Of a DNA stretch of 64,000 bases, positions 1-10,310 are shown in pieces. The position numbers and the translations under genes are program-made. The stretch is from a virus. Every line of letters starts with the position of its first letter. The first letter of the stretch is position 1. Under the pieces are notes generated by a model that made no database searches, was not told the DNA's origin, and was given only the letters and a program-made list of their open reading frames with translations. The stretch spans positions 3,257 to 67,256 of the IMG/VR virus record IMGVR_UViG_3300025881_001243; one strand, written 5' to 3'.

Positions 1-1
1 A

Positions 2-643
2 CATAAACACTTTTTACCGGCTAATGAATATATGACAGGAAGTAAACCAGAATATATTTTCTTACACCATACCGCAGGTTGGAATAATCCATATAAAACA
101 ATTGATCATTGGGCAAGCGATACAAGAGGTTGTATTGCAACTGAATTTGTTTTAGGTGGTCAATCAATAAAAGGTAATGATGATCGATATGATGGTGAAT
201 TAGTACAATGTATGCCAGCAGGTGGTTGGGCATGGCACTTAGGAACAGGAAGAAGTCATATGCATCAACATTCTGTAGGAATTGAAGTAAATAATTTTGG
301 ATGGGTTAAGGATGGTAAAACATATGCAGGTACCAAAGCTGATGCATCTCAACTTGTTACTTTAACAAAACCTTTTAGAGGATATAAAACATGGCACAGG
401 TATTCTGATAAGCAAATAGAAGTACTAAGAGATTGGATACTTTGGATTGGTAATAGAGATAACATCGATGTGAGAGCTGGTTTACCTGCTCTTATTAAAG
501 AAAAGGGTGCAGATGCATTTGAATTTAATCAAGAAGTATTAGAAGGAAAGCATAAAGGACTATGGACACACAGTAATGTTCGAGCCACTAAATCTGATAT
601 GTTCCCTCAGCCTGAATTAATGGATATGTTAACTAGTTTATAA
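2..643 (+). CDS. N-acetylmuramoyl-L-alanine amidase (Amidase_2-like), 5' end probably outside the window
   Basis: LHHTAG, WAWHLG, SVGIEVNN, WTHSNVR..KSD motifs. The frame is open from position 2, upstream of the ATG at 32. Confidence 0.8.
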   Translation, partial: HKHFLPANEYMTGSKPEYIFLHHTAGWNNPYKTIDHWASDTRGCIATEFVLGGQSIKGNDDRYDGELVQCMPAGGWAWHLGTGRSHMHQHSVGIEVNNFGWVKDGKTYAGTKADASQLVTLTKPFRGYKTWHRYSDKQIEVLRDWILWIGNRDNIDVRAGLPALIKEKGADAFEFNQEVLEGKHKGLWTHSNVRATKSDMFPQPELMDMLTSL

Positions 644-1029
644 TGGAGAAGTACATATACAGAGGAAAACTCGAACGGGTTATTGATGGCGATACGGTTG
701 ATGCTCTCATTGATGTCGGTTTTGATATTTGGATTCGAAAGCGTATTAGATTCTCAGGCTTGGATGCATGGGAAAGTAGAACTCGTAACTTGGACGAAAA
801 GAAAAAAGGACTGGCTGCTAAAGAAAGAGTAAAGGATCTCTTAACTAAAGTAAGTTCAAAGCCTGGATTTTTCAGAATTAAATCTCATGGTGTTGGTAAG
901 TATGGTAGAGTATTAGGTCAATTGTTTATCATGGATTCTGAAGGAAATCAATGGGATGTTAATGAAACTCTAATAACTGAAGGTCATGCTTATGTTTATG
1001 ATGGTGGAAAGAAAAAGAAATTTTCCTGA
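643..1029 (+). CDS. thermonuclease (SNase-like)
   Basis: RVIDGDTVD, RIRFSGLDAWE, GKYGRVLG, LITEGHA motifs. Confidence 0.85.
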   Translation: MEKYIYRGKLERVIDGDTVDALIDVGFDIWIRKRIRFSGLDAWESRTRNLDEKKKGLAAKERVKDLLTKVSSKPGFFRIKSHGVGKYGRVLGQLFIMDSEGNQWDVNETLITEGHAYVYDGGKKKKFS

Positions 1030-1071
1030 CACATTGACATAGACAAACATAGAAAGATGACAATATTTCCG

Positions 1072-1109
1072 AAAAACCGTGCTATTTCACTTGTGGCACG
1101 GTTTTTTCA
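1072..1109 (+). promoter_or_regulatory. 11-bp inverted repeat overlapping a sigma54-like TGGCAC-N5-TTTCA element upstream of hsp20
   Basis: aaaaaccgtgc 1072-1082 / gcacggttttt 1096-1106; TGGCAC at 1094; TGACA at 1027, 1035 and 1058. Confidence 0.5.
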
Positions 1110-1163
1110 GTATATTAATTAAATAAGGAATAATCCTTGTTATAACTAAAAATTAATTAAACT

Positions 1164-1523
1164 ATGTTTACATTTAAATCAAATTTTGATGAGATCCTAA
1201 AGGACCATCCGTTTTGGGGAGAGTTAGAAAAAATTAAAGATCCCTTTAAAGAATATCACTTCAGTAAAGAAGACGATGAATACATTTTAGAAATGCCAGT
1301 TCCTGGCTTTGATAAAGAAGATATTAAAGTTAAGCTTATTAAGAATGACTTAAGTGTTATTATTGAAAGCGAAGATAATCCATGGACACCACCTTTAAAT
1401 AAAAGGTTCGGTTTACCTGATGACTTTGATAGAAAGAAAATTAAAGCTAAGGTAGAAAAAGGTATACTATATGTTACTATACCAACCAAAAAAGATTTAG
1501 AGAATGATATTGAAATATTATGA
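1164..1523 (+). CDS. small heat shock protein Hsp20
   Basis: LEMPVPGFDKEDIKV ... F.LP ... IKAKVEKGILYVTIP alpha-crystallin signature. Confidence 0.85.
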   Translation: MFTFKSNFDEILKDHPFWGELEKIKDPFKEYHFSKEDDEYILEMPVPGFDKEDIKVKLIKNDLSVIIESEDNPWTPPLNKRFGLPDDFDRKKIKAKVEKGILYVTIPTKKDLENDIEIL

Positions 1524-1569
1524 AACTAAATTAATTAAAGGTATATAATAATAAACAAATTTATAAATT

Positions 1570-1806
1570 ATGTCACAAGAAAATCAAGAAATGAACCAGG
1601 CACAGGCGGTTAACGTTTTAATTCAAGCTGCTAGGATTGCACAAGGAAAAGGCGCATATACATTAGAGGACGCTGAAATGGTTGCAAAAGCTATCAGAGT
1701 TTTTGTTCCACCTACAGAAGAAACTGAAAATGCTACTGAAGGTACTACCGCAGATCCTGTAGTTAATGAAACTTCAACTGAACCTGTTATTGAAAAGGTA
1801 AAGTAA
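1570..1806 (+). CDS. hypothetical phage protein
   Basis: ORF with its own promoter-like motif and a downstream terminator. Confidence 0.7.
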   Translation: MSQENQEMNQAQAVNVLIQAARIAQGKGAYTLEDAEMVAKAIRVFVPPTEETENATEGTTADPVVNETSTEPVIEKVK

Positions 1807-1828
1807 ACTTACTTCTTTTAAAACCTAG

Positions 1829-1857
1829 AAAAGGGGAGGGGAAACCCTCCCTTTTTT
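1829..1857 (+). terminator. Rho-independent terminator
   Basis: gggaggg-gaaa-ccctccc followed by a T run. Confidence 0.85.
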
Positions 1858-1890
1858 AGTACAATATATAATAAAAATATACTATCCAAA

Positions 1891-3384
1891 ATGCGCAGAA
1901 GAAGAGTACGTAAAGTAAAAATTGCACCTATTATTAGTGATGGGCCTCTTAGAGTATCTCCGCGTAAAGTAACAAAAAAGGTAAATGAACTTAAGGTTAA
2001 GCCTACTGATAATATAGTTCCTAATAAACATAGAGTAGTTAAACCTATAAAAGATTCAATTCTTATAAATCCTTCTATTGTAATTCCACCTAAAAAAAGT
2101 CATCGAGTATTTATTATTGGTGGCGGTCCAGGTGTTGGAAAAGTTAAGTTAGCTGATTTAAAAGATGAAGATACTATATGCGTTAATGCTGCAGTGAATT
2201 TTGTACCAAACCCTACATATTTTATTACAATGGATTATAGTTACTTTGATCCTAAAAGAAAAATAAATACTGTTGATGAGGTAATTAAAAAATCTCAATA
2301 CTCATATTTTATACTTAACACTAATGGGGGTAATAGCAATATGAAAGTTATTGATGGTGAGGTAACTGATGTTAGGCATAATTTTGTATATAAAGACTTA
2401 GATAAATTTAATAGAGTTATACCTTCTATAACAACATCAGCACCGAATACTGGTTTTGGTTTAACTGTTAATGATTTTTCTAATGGTAATAATAGTGGCT
2501 TTTGTGCTATTCAACTAGCAATTCTTTTAGGATATGAAGAAATTTATTTAATAGGGTATGATTTAAGTACATCTCCAACCGAAACACACTTTCATCAATT
2601 ATATGGTACACATAAACTTGGCTTCAGTGATAAAGTTTCTGGCTACCGAACTATTATAGAAAATAGTATTAAGTTATTAAATAAATCTAAAAGTAAAGCA
2701 AAAATAATCTCAATAACTCCTACTACAATATCTAATATAAAAACAACTAGTTTAGATAAAGTTCAATCAAATCCAATAATACGTAATAGCGAAAAAAAAT
2801 ATGTAATAGTTTCGTATTATACAGTTAATACTCCGTATGAACAAGAAGCAGCTAAACTCAGAAATTCTTTAGAAAGATTAAAGGTACCTTATGATATAGT
2901 AGGTGTACCTAATTTAGGTGACTGGCAAGCAAACACTAGATTTAAAGCTAAGTTTATGCAGGACATGCTAATTAAGCATAAAGGTAAATCTATCGTTTGG
3001 GTAGATAGCGATGCTGTTATCCATTCTTATCCATCATTATTTGATACTTATGATTGCGATGTTGCCGTACGATGGCAAGATTTTAGATGGAGAAAAAATG
3101 AATGTTTAAGTGGAACTATTTATTTAGAAAATAATTCAAAAACAATGGAATTATGTAAAAGATGGGAGAATGGTAATATTGCAGAAGGGCCTGGTGCTAA
3201 AACATTTGAGCAATGGAATTTAGGAAAGGTTATTGAAGAAATGAGAGCCGAAGGTAAAATTAGAGATGAAAATTTACCACCAGAATATACAATGATATTC
3301 GATAGCATGAGAGCAATGTACCCTAATGTAAATCCAGTAATTGAACATTTTCAAGCGAGTAGAAAATTAAGAAATACAATTTAA
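1891..3384 (+). CDS. two-domain glycosyltransferase-like protein (DUF115/Maf-like domain plus nucleotide-diphospho-sugar transferase domain)
   Basis: IIGGGP, ICVN, NSGFCAIQLAILLGYEEIYLIGYD; C-terminal WVDSDA DxD motif; basic N-terminal tail. Confidence 0.7.
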   Translation: MRRRRVRKVKIAPIISDGPLRVSPRKVTKKVNELKVKPTDNIVPNKHRVVKPIKDSILINPSIVIPPKKSHRVFIIGGGPGVGKVKLADLKDEDTICVNAAVNFVPNPTYFITMDYSYFDPKRKINTVDEVIKKSQYSYFILNTNGGNSNMKVIDGEVTDVRHNFVYKDLDKFNRVIPSITTSAPNTGFGLTVNDFSNGNNSGFCAIQLAILLGYEEIYLIGYDLSTSPTETHFHQLYGTHKLGFSDKVSGYRTIIENSIKLLNKSKSKAKIISITPTTISNIKTTSLDKVQSNPIIRNSEKKYVIVSYYTVNTPYEQEAAKLRNSLERLKVPYDIVGVPNLGDWQANTRFKAKFMQDMLIKHKGKSIVWVDSDAVIHSYPSLFDTYDCDVAVRWQDFRWRKNECLSGTIYLENNSKTMELCKRWENGNIAEGPGAKTFEQWNLGKVIEEMRAEGKIRDENLPPEYTMIFDSMRAMYPNVNPVIEHFQASRKLRNTI

Positions 3385-4070
3385 TGATGATAGAAGAAAA
3401 AAATAAAGTTGTAATTAATAATATAGAAGCAAAGCAAGAAGGAGTGTTTACCGAAGTATACCAAGAATTAGGCTGGTCAAAACGCCAAATGGAATCTGTT
3501 TCAGGTACCGGTTCAACTTTAGAAAATACTGAAATTCTTAGATCAGAATTACCAAAAGTATGTAAAAAATATGATATTAATAATATTGTAGATATTGCAT
3601 GTGGTGATTTTAATTGGATGAAAGAAATAGTTAATGAATTTAAATATTATAGAGGAGTAGATATAGTAAAAGATTTAATTAAAGCTAATAAAGAAAAATA
3701 CAAAAATTTTGAAAATGTAGATTTTATGGTAGCAGATGTTATAACTGAATTTGATAAATGTATAAAAGGTAAAGATATTGATGCAGTTATTCTTAAGGAT
3801 GTTCTTGTTCACTTCCCAAACAAATATGTAATGAAGGTATTAGATTCTTTACATAAATCATCTATAAAATATGTTTTTATTACTCATTTCGATTCTATTG
3901 AACTAAATTGTGATATTGGAGAGTTTAATGGTTGGAGACCACAAAATTTTACATTATCACCTTGGAAAATGGATAAACCATTGGAAAGTATTATATCACC
4001 AACAGAAGAATATAAATGGGGTGATAATGATAATACCGATAAAACACTAAGCCTCTGGCAAATAAAATAA
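3384..4070 (+). CDS. class I SAM-dependent methyltransferase
   Basis: SGTGS, IVDIACGDFNW, GVDIV, KDVLVHF motifs. Confidence 0.8.
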   Translation: MMIEEKNKVVINNIEAKQEGVFTEVYQELGWSKRQMESVSGTGSTLENTEILRSELPKVCKKYDINNIVDIACGDFNWMKEIVNEFKYYRGVDIVKDLIKANKEKYKNFENVDFMVADVITEFDKCIKGKDIDAVILKDVLVHFPNKYVMKVLDSLHKSSIKYVFITHFDSIELNCDIGEFNGWRPQNFTLSPWKMDKPLESIISPTEEYKWGDNDNTDKTLSLWQIK

Positions 4071-4074
4071 TTAT

Positions 4075-4758
4075 ATGTTAAATAACTTTTTTGATAAACT
4101 TATTTGTATTAACCTAGATAAAAGAACAGACAGGTTAAATGAATCAAAACGCCAATGGGCTGATAATAATCTTCAAGTAGAAAGAATGTCTGCTGTTAAT
4201 GGTAACCCTATGGGATGGAAACATGTTGATGAAAAAGATGCAGGCATTAATAAAATTAAACGGGCTTCATGGACTGGTGCAGCAGGCTGTATGGCAAGTC
4301 ATGTAAATATATGGAAAAGAGCAAAGTTAGAAGGTTGGAAAAATGTTTTAATAATTGAAGATGATTGTGATTTTATACCAGATCTGCAAAATAAATTTAA
4401 TGAATTAATAAAAGAAGTTCCTAATGATTGGGATATGTTATATTTTGGTGGTGTACATGAAGAGAGAGGTGGTAAATTTATTCCTACTAAAGTTAGTGAA
4501 AATGTAGTAAAGTGCGCAAGAATGATTACTACTACTTGTTATGCTATTAATGAAAGCTGCTATGATTTAGCAATAAATTCTGTTCTTGCCGAAGAGCCTT
4601 GGTTTTATACTGCAGTTGATGGTTATTTAGCCGCAGTGGTTCAGCCTAAATGTAATGCATATGCTTTTAATCCACCACTTGCTTGGCAAAGAGGAAGCTA
4701 TAGTGACATACAAAGTGGATATAGAGATTATAGTAAATCCATGAAAGCAAAATATTAA
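4075..4758 (+). CDS. glycosyltransferase family 25
   Basis: INLDKRTDR, GCMASH, LIIEDD, MLYFGG motifs. Confidence 0.85.
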   Translation: MLNNFFDKLICINLDKRTDRLNESKRQWADNNLQVERMSAVNGNPMGWKHVDEKDAGINKIKRASWTGAAGCMASHVNIWKRAKLEGWKNVLIIEDDCDFIPDLQNKFNELIKEVPNDWDMLYFGGVHEERGGKFIPTKVSENVVKCARMITTTCYAINESCYDLAINSVLAEEPWFYTAVDGYLAAVVQPKCNAYAFNPPLAWQRGSYSDIQSGYRDYSKSMKAKY

Positions 4759-4761
4759 ATT

Positions 4762-5301
4762 ATGAAGATAGAGTACATTATACCTACATTATATCGTGAC
4801 ACGTTGGATCGTGCAGTAACGTCAATTAAAAGAGAATGTACTGACCACAATATTCTAATATGTGGAGAGATTAAAGATGGGAGAGGTGTTGGAAATAGGA
4901 ATGATGGACTAAATAAAATTAGAATTGACAGTGATTGGATAATTTTTTTAGATGATGATGATTACCTTAATGAAGGATTTAGTAAACAATTAGATGATAC
5001 TTATGATATAGTTGTATTAAGAATGTCACAAGATGCATCTAACCCTTTTTACCCACCTAAAGTAATACCAAGATTAGAAGATAGTAGATTATATAGTGGA
5101 AACGTAGGATGTAATTTTGCTATAAAGACTTCTTTATATTTAAAACATAAATGGCTGTTTGATGTTACTGCTAAAAATCCAGATTGGAATTTTTTAGAAA
5201 AAGCATTATCACACACAAATAAAATAAAAGTAACTAATGAAATTTATTACGTTGCCCCCATGGGAGGTTATAACAAACTAAAACCAACTGGTAAAAGATA
5301 A
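4762..5301 (+). CDS. glycosyltransferase, GT2-like
   Basis: IIPT..R, RN.GL, IIFLDDDD motifs. Confidence 0.75.
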   Translation: MKIEYIIPTLYRDTLDRAVTSIKRECTDHNILICGEIKDGRGVGNRNDGLNKIRIDSDWIIFLDDDDYLNEGFSKQLDDTYDIVVLRMSQDASNPFYPPKVIPRLEDSRLYSGNVGCNFAIKTSLYLKHKWLFDVTAKNPDWNFLEKALSHTNKIKVTNEIYYVAPMGGYNKLKPTGKR

Positions 5302-5312
5302 AAAATAAAAAT

Positions 5313-5861
5313 ATGGAACATTTTTACAAAACGTGTGGAGAAAATTGGTTTAACTATCCTGACATTTATTCTCAAATAGTTCTTGATGCAAATGATAATT
5401 CTCATTTTGTTGAGGTTGGATCATGGAAAGGAATGAGCTCAGTGTATTTAGCGGTAGAGATAATTAATTCTAACAAAAACATAAAATTTGATTGCGTTGA
5501 TCTTTGGGGGACAGACCCTAATAGGCTATATGCAGATAGGAAGGGTTTATATGATACATTTATAAAAAACATTGAACCAGTAAAAGACATAATAAATCCT
5601 ATTGTATCCTTATCATGGGATGCCGCCTCTATGTATGAAGATAATAGTTTAGATTTTGTATGGTTAGATGCTGGTCATAAATACGAAGATATTAAAAAAG
5701 ATATAGTTGCATGGTATCCTAAAGTAAAGGTTGGTGGAACTATTGCAGGTCATGATTATACAACAGCAAGAGGCGTACAAACAGCAGTTAATGAATATTT
5801 TAATAAAGATTTTAAACAAATAAATACCAGTTGGTTACATAAAAAAAATAAAAGACTATGA
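5313..5861 (+). CDS. methyltransferase (Methyltransf_24-like)
   Basis: VEVGSWKG.S, DFVWLDAGH.YE, GGTIAGHDY motifs. Confidence 0.85.
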   Translation: MEHFYKTCGENWFNYPDIYSQIVLDANDNSHFVEVGSWKGMSSVYLAVEIINSNKNIKFDCVDLWGTDPNRLYADRKGLYDTFIKNIEPVKDIINPIVSLSWDAASMYEDNSLDFVWLDAGHKYEDIKKDIVAWYPKVKVGGTIAGHDYTTARGVQTAVNEYFNKDFKQINTSWLHKKNKRL

Positions 5862-6454
5862 TAATAACAGCATATAATGAAGTCATACCTAATGTAGTAG
5901 TAGAAGGGCAAAGAAAGGTACTTGAAAAATTTGGAGAAAAGATTATTCAAATTAAACCTGAAGTATGGGTTGGTCATGCACATACAATAGATGAGTACTT
6001 AAGAAATAATGATTGGGATCATGCAATTGTATTAGACATTGATTGCATTCCTCTAGAAAAAAATGTAATTAAAGATGCAAGAGAATGGGCTTTAAATAAT
6101 ATAGGTCTTTATTCAGTAGCACAAAACCCTAATCACATAAAAGATGCACCAGATTATGCAAGCCCTGCCTTTATTGCGTTTTCTAGAAAAACATACGAAG
6201 AATTAGGAAACCCCAGTTTTCAAGGGAGTAGTCAATGGGATGTAGGTGGTGAATTTAGCTACCGAGCCTCAGAAAAAAACTTACCTATCAAACTAATGTA
6301 TCCTAGTCATGTAGAAAAGGCTAAATGGAAATTTGCAGATGGTAGCATGTTTGGTATAGGAACAACATATGAAAATAAAGTATACCATCACTTTGAAGGA
6401 AGAAGAGTAACAAAAAGCTTTGAAGATAAATGTAATCAAATATTATTAAAGTAA
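5858..6454 (+). CDS. putative glycosyltransferase
   Basis: LDIDCIPL DxD motif; cluster context. Confidence 0.55.
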   Translation: MIITAYNEVIPNVVVEGQRKVLEKFGEKIIQIKPEVWVGHAHTIDEYLRNNDWDHAIVLDIDCIPLEKNVIKDAREWALNNIGLYSVAQNPNHIKDAPDYASPAFIAFSRKTYEELGNPSFQGSSQWDVGGEFSYRASEKNLPIKLMYPSHVEKAKWKFADGSMFGIGTTYENKVYHHFEGRRVTKSFEDKCNQILLK

Positions 6455-6463
6455 TAATATAGA

Positions 6464-7060
6464 ATGATAGAAAGTATTAAAAAGATTTTAGAAAAAGAAA
6501 TCGAAGCTATAGGAAACATTCCTTTAGGTAACCAGTATGAAAAGGCTGTTAATATAATTAGAAATAAAGTTCACAGTGCCGGTGGTAAAGTTGTAATATC
6601 CGGAATGGGTAAAGCTGGTCAAATAGGATTAAACATTTCAACCACATTTAGTTCAACAGGTACACCTTCAGTTTACTTACATCCTAGTGAAGCACAACAT
6701 GGGGACTTAGGAATTCTACAAAGTAATGATGTATTAATTTTATTATCAAATTCAGGTAAGACTAGAGAAATTTTAGAATTAATTCAATTATCACGAAACC
6801 TTTTTAAAAATATACCTATAATTAGTATAACAGGTAAAAAGGATAGTGAATTAGGAAAAGAATCAAATGTATGTTTACATATTGGTGATGCTAAAGAAAT
6901 TTGCCCTCTAGGATTAACGCCTACAATATCAACAACTCTTATGACGGTTATGGGTGATATTTTAGTAGTAGAAACAATGAAGAAAATTAAATTTACAAAG
7001 AAAGAATATTCTAAAAGACACCACAGTGGTTATTTAGGACAAAAAAGTAAAGAAGAATAA
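6464..7060 (+). CDS. kdsD: arabinose-5-phosphate isomerase (SIS domain, no CBS domains)
   Basis: SGMGKAG, STGTPS..LHPSEAQHGDLG, SNSGKT.E, PLGLTPT.ST, HHSGYLG motifs. Confidence 0.88.
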   Translation: MIESIKKILEKEIEAIGNIPLGNQYEKAVNIIRNKVHSAGGKVVISGMGKAGQIGLNISTTFSSTGTPSVYLHPSEAQHGDLGILQSNDVLILLSNSGKTREILELIQLSRNLFKNIPIISITGKKDSELGKESNVCLHIGDAKEICPLGLTPTISTTLMTVMGDILVVETMKKIKFTKKEYSKRHHSGYLGQKSKEE

Positions 7061-7078
7061 TGAAAATATTTTGTAAAG

Positions 7079-7930
7079 ATGAAGCGTATTATATCTGATA
7101 AGAATCTTTTTCAAGCAATAAAAGAATCTATAAATAACAAAACTCCCTTATCTTATGTTAGGTTAGGTGATGGTGAAATTCAGATACTAAAAAAACCTGA
7201 GCACTGTTATACACAAAACGAAACAGAAATTAGGCGAATAGCATTAGTTCATATATGTAAAAGATACAACATAGATTTTACTGAAGATTGTGAATTCTTA
7301 CTAAGATGTAGAAAAATAATAATAGATTCAATTAATACAAGTGATTATTTAGGATTATTTACACTTGAAGAAATAAGTGAATTAGCAGTTAAGGGAATAA
7401 GCCTTAATACAAATAGATATGTACCAAACAAAGAAATTTTTGAATATTATGATATAGATGTTAATAATTTAAAAATATGTAGTATAATGTTTAACAAAGG
7501 ATCTGAGATTGGTGTCATTGAAAATTTTAAAAAATTAATAGGAAATAAAAGAGTTACAATTATTACTAGCCAAGAAAAAAATCTTAGGGCTAATAAAAAG
7601 TTTCAAGATACTTTTAATAATAATGTAGATTTTATTAATATTAAACATGAACATGGCAACCCAAACAGTAAAGCACTATCACAAAGAGATTGGTTAAGGT
7701 CTCAGTTTAAAGATATTAAAAATCATATTGTTCTATTAGGTGTAGGACATGCAGCTAAAGACTTATGTAATGAATTAAAGAATGATTGGGGCAAATGTGC
7801 AATAGATATGGGTAGTGTATTAGATGCATGGGCTGGTATTATTAGTAGACCTTCCTATGGTAACACTTGGTCACAATGTCTTACAGTACCAATAAATGAA
7901 GCCCCTACAACAGATATTTGTTATAGATAA
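7079..7930 (+). CDS. GT-D fold glycosyltransferase-like protein
   Basis: SYVRLGDGE and AIDMGSVLDAW motifs. Confidence 0.65.
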   Translation: MKRIISDKNLFQAIKESINNKTPLSYVRLGDGEIQILKKPEHCYTQNETEIRRIALVHICKRYNIDFTEDCEFLLRCRKIIIDSINTSDYLGLFTLEEISELAVKGISLNTNRYVPNKEIFEYYDIDVNNLKICSIMFNKGSEIGVIENFKKLIGNKRVTIITSQEKNLRANKKFQDTFNNNVDFINIKHEHGNPNSKALSQRDWLRSQFKDIKNHIVLLGVGHAAKDLCNELKNDWGKCAIDMGSVLDAWAGIISRPSYGNTWSQCLTVPINEAPTTDICYR

Positions 7931-7973
7931 TGGAAGAAATTGTTATTACCATATTAGAAAAAGATAAAGAATA

Positions 7974-8900
7974 ATGAAAATAGATCAAATATTTTTCCCA
8001 GATTCCTTTTCTCACTTTAGCAGTAAAGAAAATCAATCTAGTTTTTTAAAACCGTACTATGATGCAAATAAACCTGCCTTTTTCTTTTCAACTAGGTCTA
8101 TTACAAAAATAGCCAATGTACATAAAGGTCTGGCTGTGATGATTGTAAATAATGACGTTAGGCCAATTGAAAATAATTTAGCATGGATTAAGAATAGAAA
8201 AAATTTATATTTTATTTCTACTTCTAAACTTATGAGTATATATTTAGATGAGTTAGGTATTAAATATATTGAATTTCCTTGGAGGTCGAGGGATATACCG
8301 CTTAATGTTAATGCAAACAAAAAAGGACATTGTGTATACTTTTATGGAGATTCACCAAATAGCAATCATTATGGTTATCATATAATAAAAAGGATAATGA
8401 AACAACATTTTCCTCATCTTGTATTAATTACCGCATGCCACCCAATAAATCACAAGTCATTTAAAAATTTACCGAATGTATTTCCTGCCTTTGGTGAACA
8501 TGGATTAAATGAGCTGTATAAAACAATATTTGTTGGAGTTAGGTTAACTAGATTTGACGGATTAGCTGGAACTGTTCAAGATTTAGGTATAAGAGGAATA
8601 AAGACTATATGGAACGGTGGAACGCCATCTGCATTATCATATGAATCTGAGGCTGATATTATAAATCATATTAAAAATGAAGAAATGAGTATTGGTTATA
8701 CTGATAATTCTCTAGCGTCTTTATGTAAAACTTATTTAGACTTAAATAATAAATCATATAAATACATATTTAATACTGATACTTACACAAATAATAAAGA
8801 AACTCCAAAGTTATTTTTTAATGATAAAAAATTATCAGTAATACCTTATAGAGAATTTTTAGCCAATACCCATAACATGAATCTTCCACTTTCAGTATAA
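7974..8900 (+). CDS. putative GT-B-like glycosyltransferase
   Basis: Cluster context; RLTRFDG..GTVQDLG resembles a GT-B C-terminal motif. Confidence 0.45.
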   Translation: MKIDQIFFPDSFSHFSSKENQSSFLKPYYDANKPAFFFSTRSITKIANVHKGLAVMIVNNDVRPIENNLAWIKNRKNLYFISTSKLMSIYLDELGIKYIEFPWRSRDIPLNVNANKKGHCVYFYGDSPNSNHYGYHIIKRIMKQHFPHLVLITACHPINHKSFKNLPNVFPAFGEHGLNELYKTIFVGVRLTRFDGLAGTVQDLGIRGIKTIWNGGTPSALSYESEADIINHIKNEEMSIGYTDNSLASLCKTYLDLNNKSYKYIFNTDTYTNNKETPKLFFNDKKLSVIPYREFLANTHNMNLPLSV

Positions 8901-8916
8901 TAAAAATAAATATAGA

Positions 8917-9804
8917 ATGAAAAATCATATAATTCAGTATATAAAAAATTTAGGTTATGACTATAAATTATCAGGTAAGCTTAATAATTGTATTGATGAC
9001 ATATCATTAATTTATTATGTAAGAGATAATGATTTATGTTACCTTGATGCTAATGTTCCACATTTAGTAAAAGATAAAAAAAATATAACTTTATTATGCC
9101 CATTTGATTTTGATGAATCTAATTCTAACATATCATACATAAAGGTTAAAGATCCTAAATTAGTATTTTATTATGTTTCTCATTTGTTTGGTAATAATAA
9201 AACGTTCGAGATAGATAAAAGCTTAAGTAACAAATACCCTGGTGTTACTATAGGCACAAATTGTAAAATAGGTAATGATGTTAATATTCAACCCGGTGTA
9301 ATCATTAGAAGTAATACAATTATTAATGATGGGACAACAATAGAGTCCGGTTCAGTTATTGGTAGTACTGGCTTATTATGGATCTGGGATACCGAAAGAA
9401 AGAAAAAGGTAATGCTTACTCTAACTGGTGGAACTGAAATAGGCAAGGGCTGTTATATATGCTCTAACGTTTCTATTGTAAGAGGGTCTTGTAATGAAAT
9501 GACAAAAATTGAGGACGGTGTAATGATTGCACCTGGAACTGCAATAGGTCATGGGTGCAGTGTTGGTAAAAATACGCATATCGCAAATAATGTAACATTA
9601 AGTGGGGCTGTCACAATTGGCGAAAATTGTTTCTTTGGTTCAGGATGTACAGTTCAACCAGCATGTAAAGTATTAGATAATGTAGTTTTAGGTTCTGGTG
9701 CAATACTAACCAATAGCACCGAAAAGCCAGGAGTTTATGTAGGTATTCCGGCTAAGTGGAAAAAAGAAAGAGAAAATAATTTAAAAGGTTTGCCTAATGA
9801 TTAA
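8917..9804 (+). CDS. LpxD-like hexapeptide-repeat acyltransferase
   Basis: Left-handed beta-helix repeats, IGHGC.VG, GVYVGIPAK. Confidence 0.75.
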   Translation: MKNHIIQYIKNLGYDYKLSGKLNNCIDDISLIYYVRDNDLCYLDANVPHLVKDKKNITLLCPFDFDESNSNISYIKVKDPKLVFYYVSHLFGNNKTFEIDKSLSNKYPGVTIGTNCKIGNDVNIQPGVIIRSNTIINDGTTIESGSVIGSTGLLWIWDTERKKKVMLTLTGGTEIGKGCYICSNVSIVRGSCNEMTKIEDGVMIAPGTAIGHGCSVGKNTHIANNVTLSGAVTIGENCFFGSGCTVQPACKVLDNVVLGSGAILTNSTEKPGVYVGIPAKWKKERENNLKGLPND

Positions 9805-9830
9805 AATAAATAAAAATAAAATAAAGAAAA

Positions 9831-10310
9831 ATGATATCCAGTAAAGCTAAAATAGGAAAAAATGTAGAAATAGGAAACTTTGTTGTTATTGAAGATGGGG
9901 TTGAAATCGGAGATGGTACAGTCATTCGAAATTTTGTAGAATTAAGAAAGAATACTAAAATTGGTAAAAATTGTTATATTGATTCAAGAGTATCCACATC
10001 AGGAAATTGTGAAGTCGGTAATGATGTAACTTTAAGATATGATGCTATTCTAGCTCGAGGCTGTAAAGTAGGTGATGGAACTTATATTTGCCCTAGGGTA
10101 ATGACTAATAATCTTGATACAGGAAAAACTCAAATAGGTGGGGCCCATATTGGCAAAAATTGTTTTATTGGTACTAATACTGTATTCCAACATGGAGTTA
10201 AAATAGGAGATAACGTAGTAACGGGTGCTATGGCTTTTATAAATAAAGATATTCCTGATAATGAAATATGGATAGGCTCTCCTGCTAAATTTTTTAAGAT
10301 TAATAACTAA
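9831..10310 (+). CDS. hexapeptide-repeat (sugar N/O-) acetyltransferase
   Basis: IG.N/D repeats, WIGSPAK C-terminus. Confidence 0.8.
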   Translation: MISSKAKIGKNVEIGNFVVIEDGVEIGDGTVIRNFVELRKNTKIGKNCYIDSRVSTSGNCEVGNDVTLRYDAILARGCKVGDGTYICPRVMTNNLDTGKTQIGGAHIGKNCFIGTNTVFQHGVKIGDNVVTGAMAFINKDIPDNEIWIGSPAKFFKINN

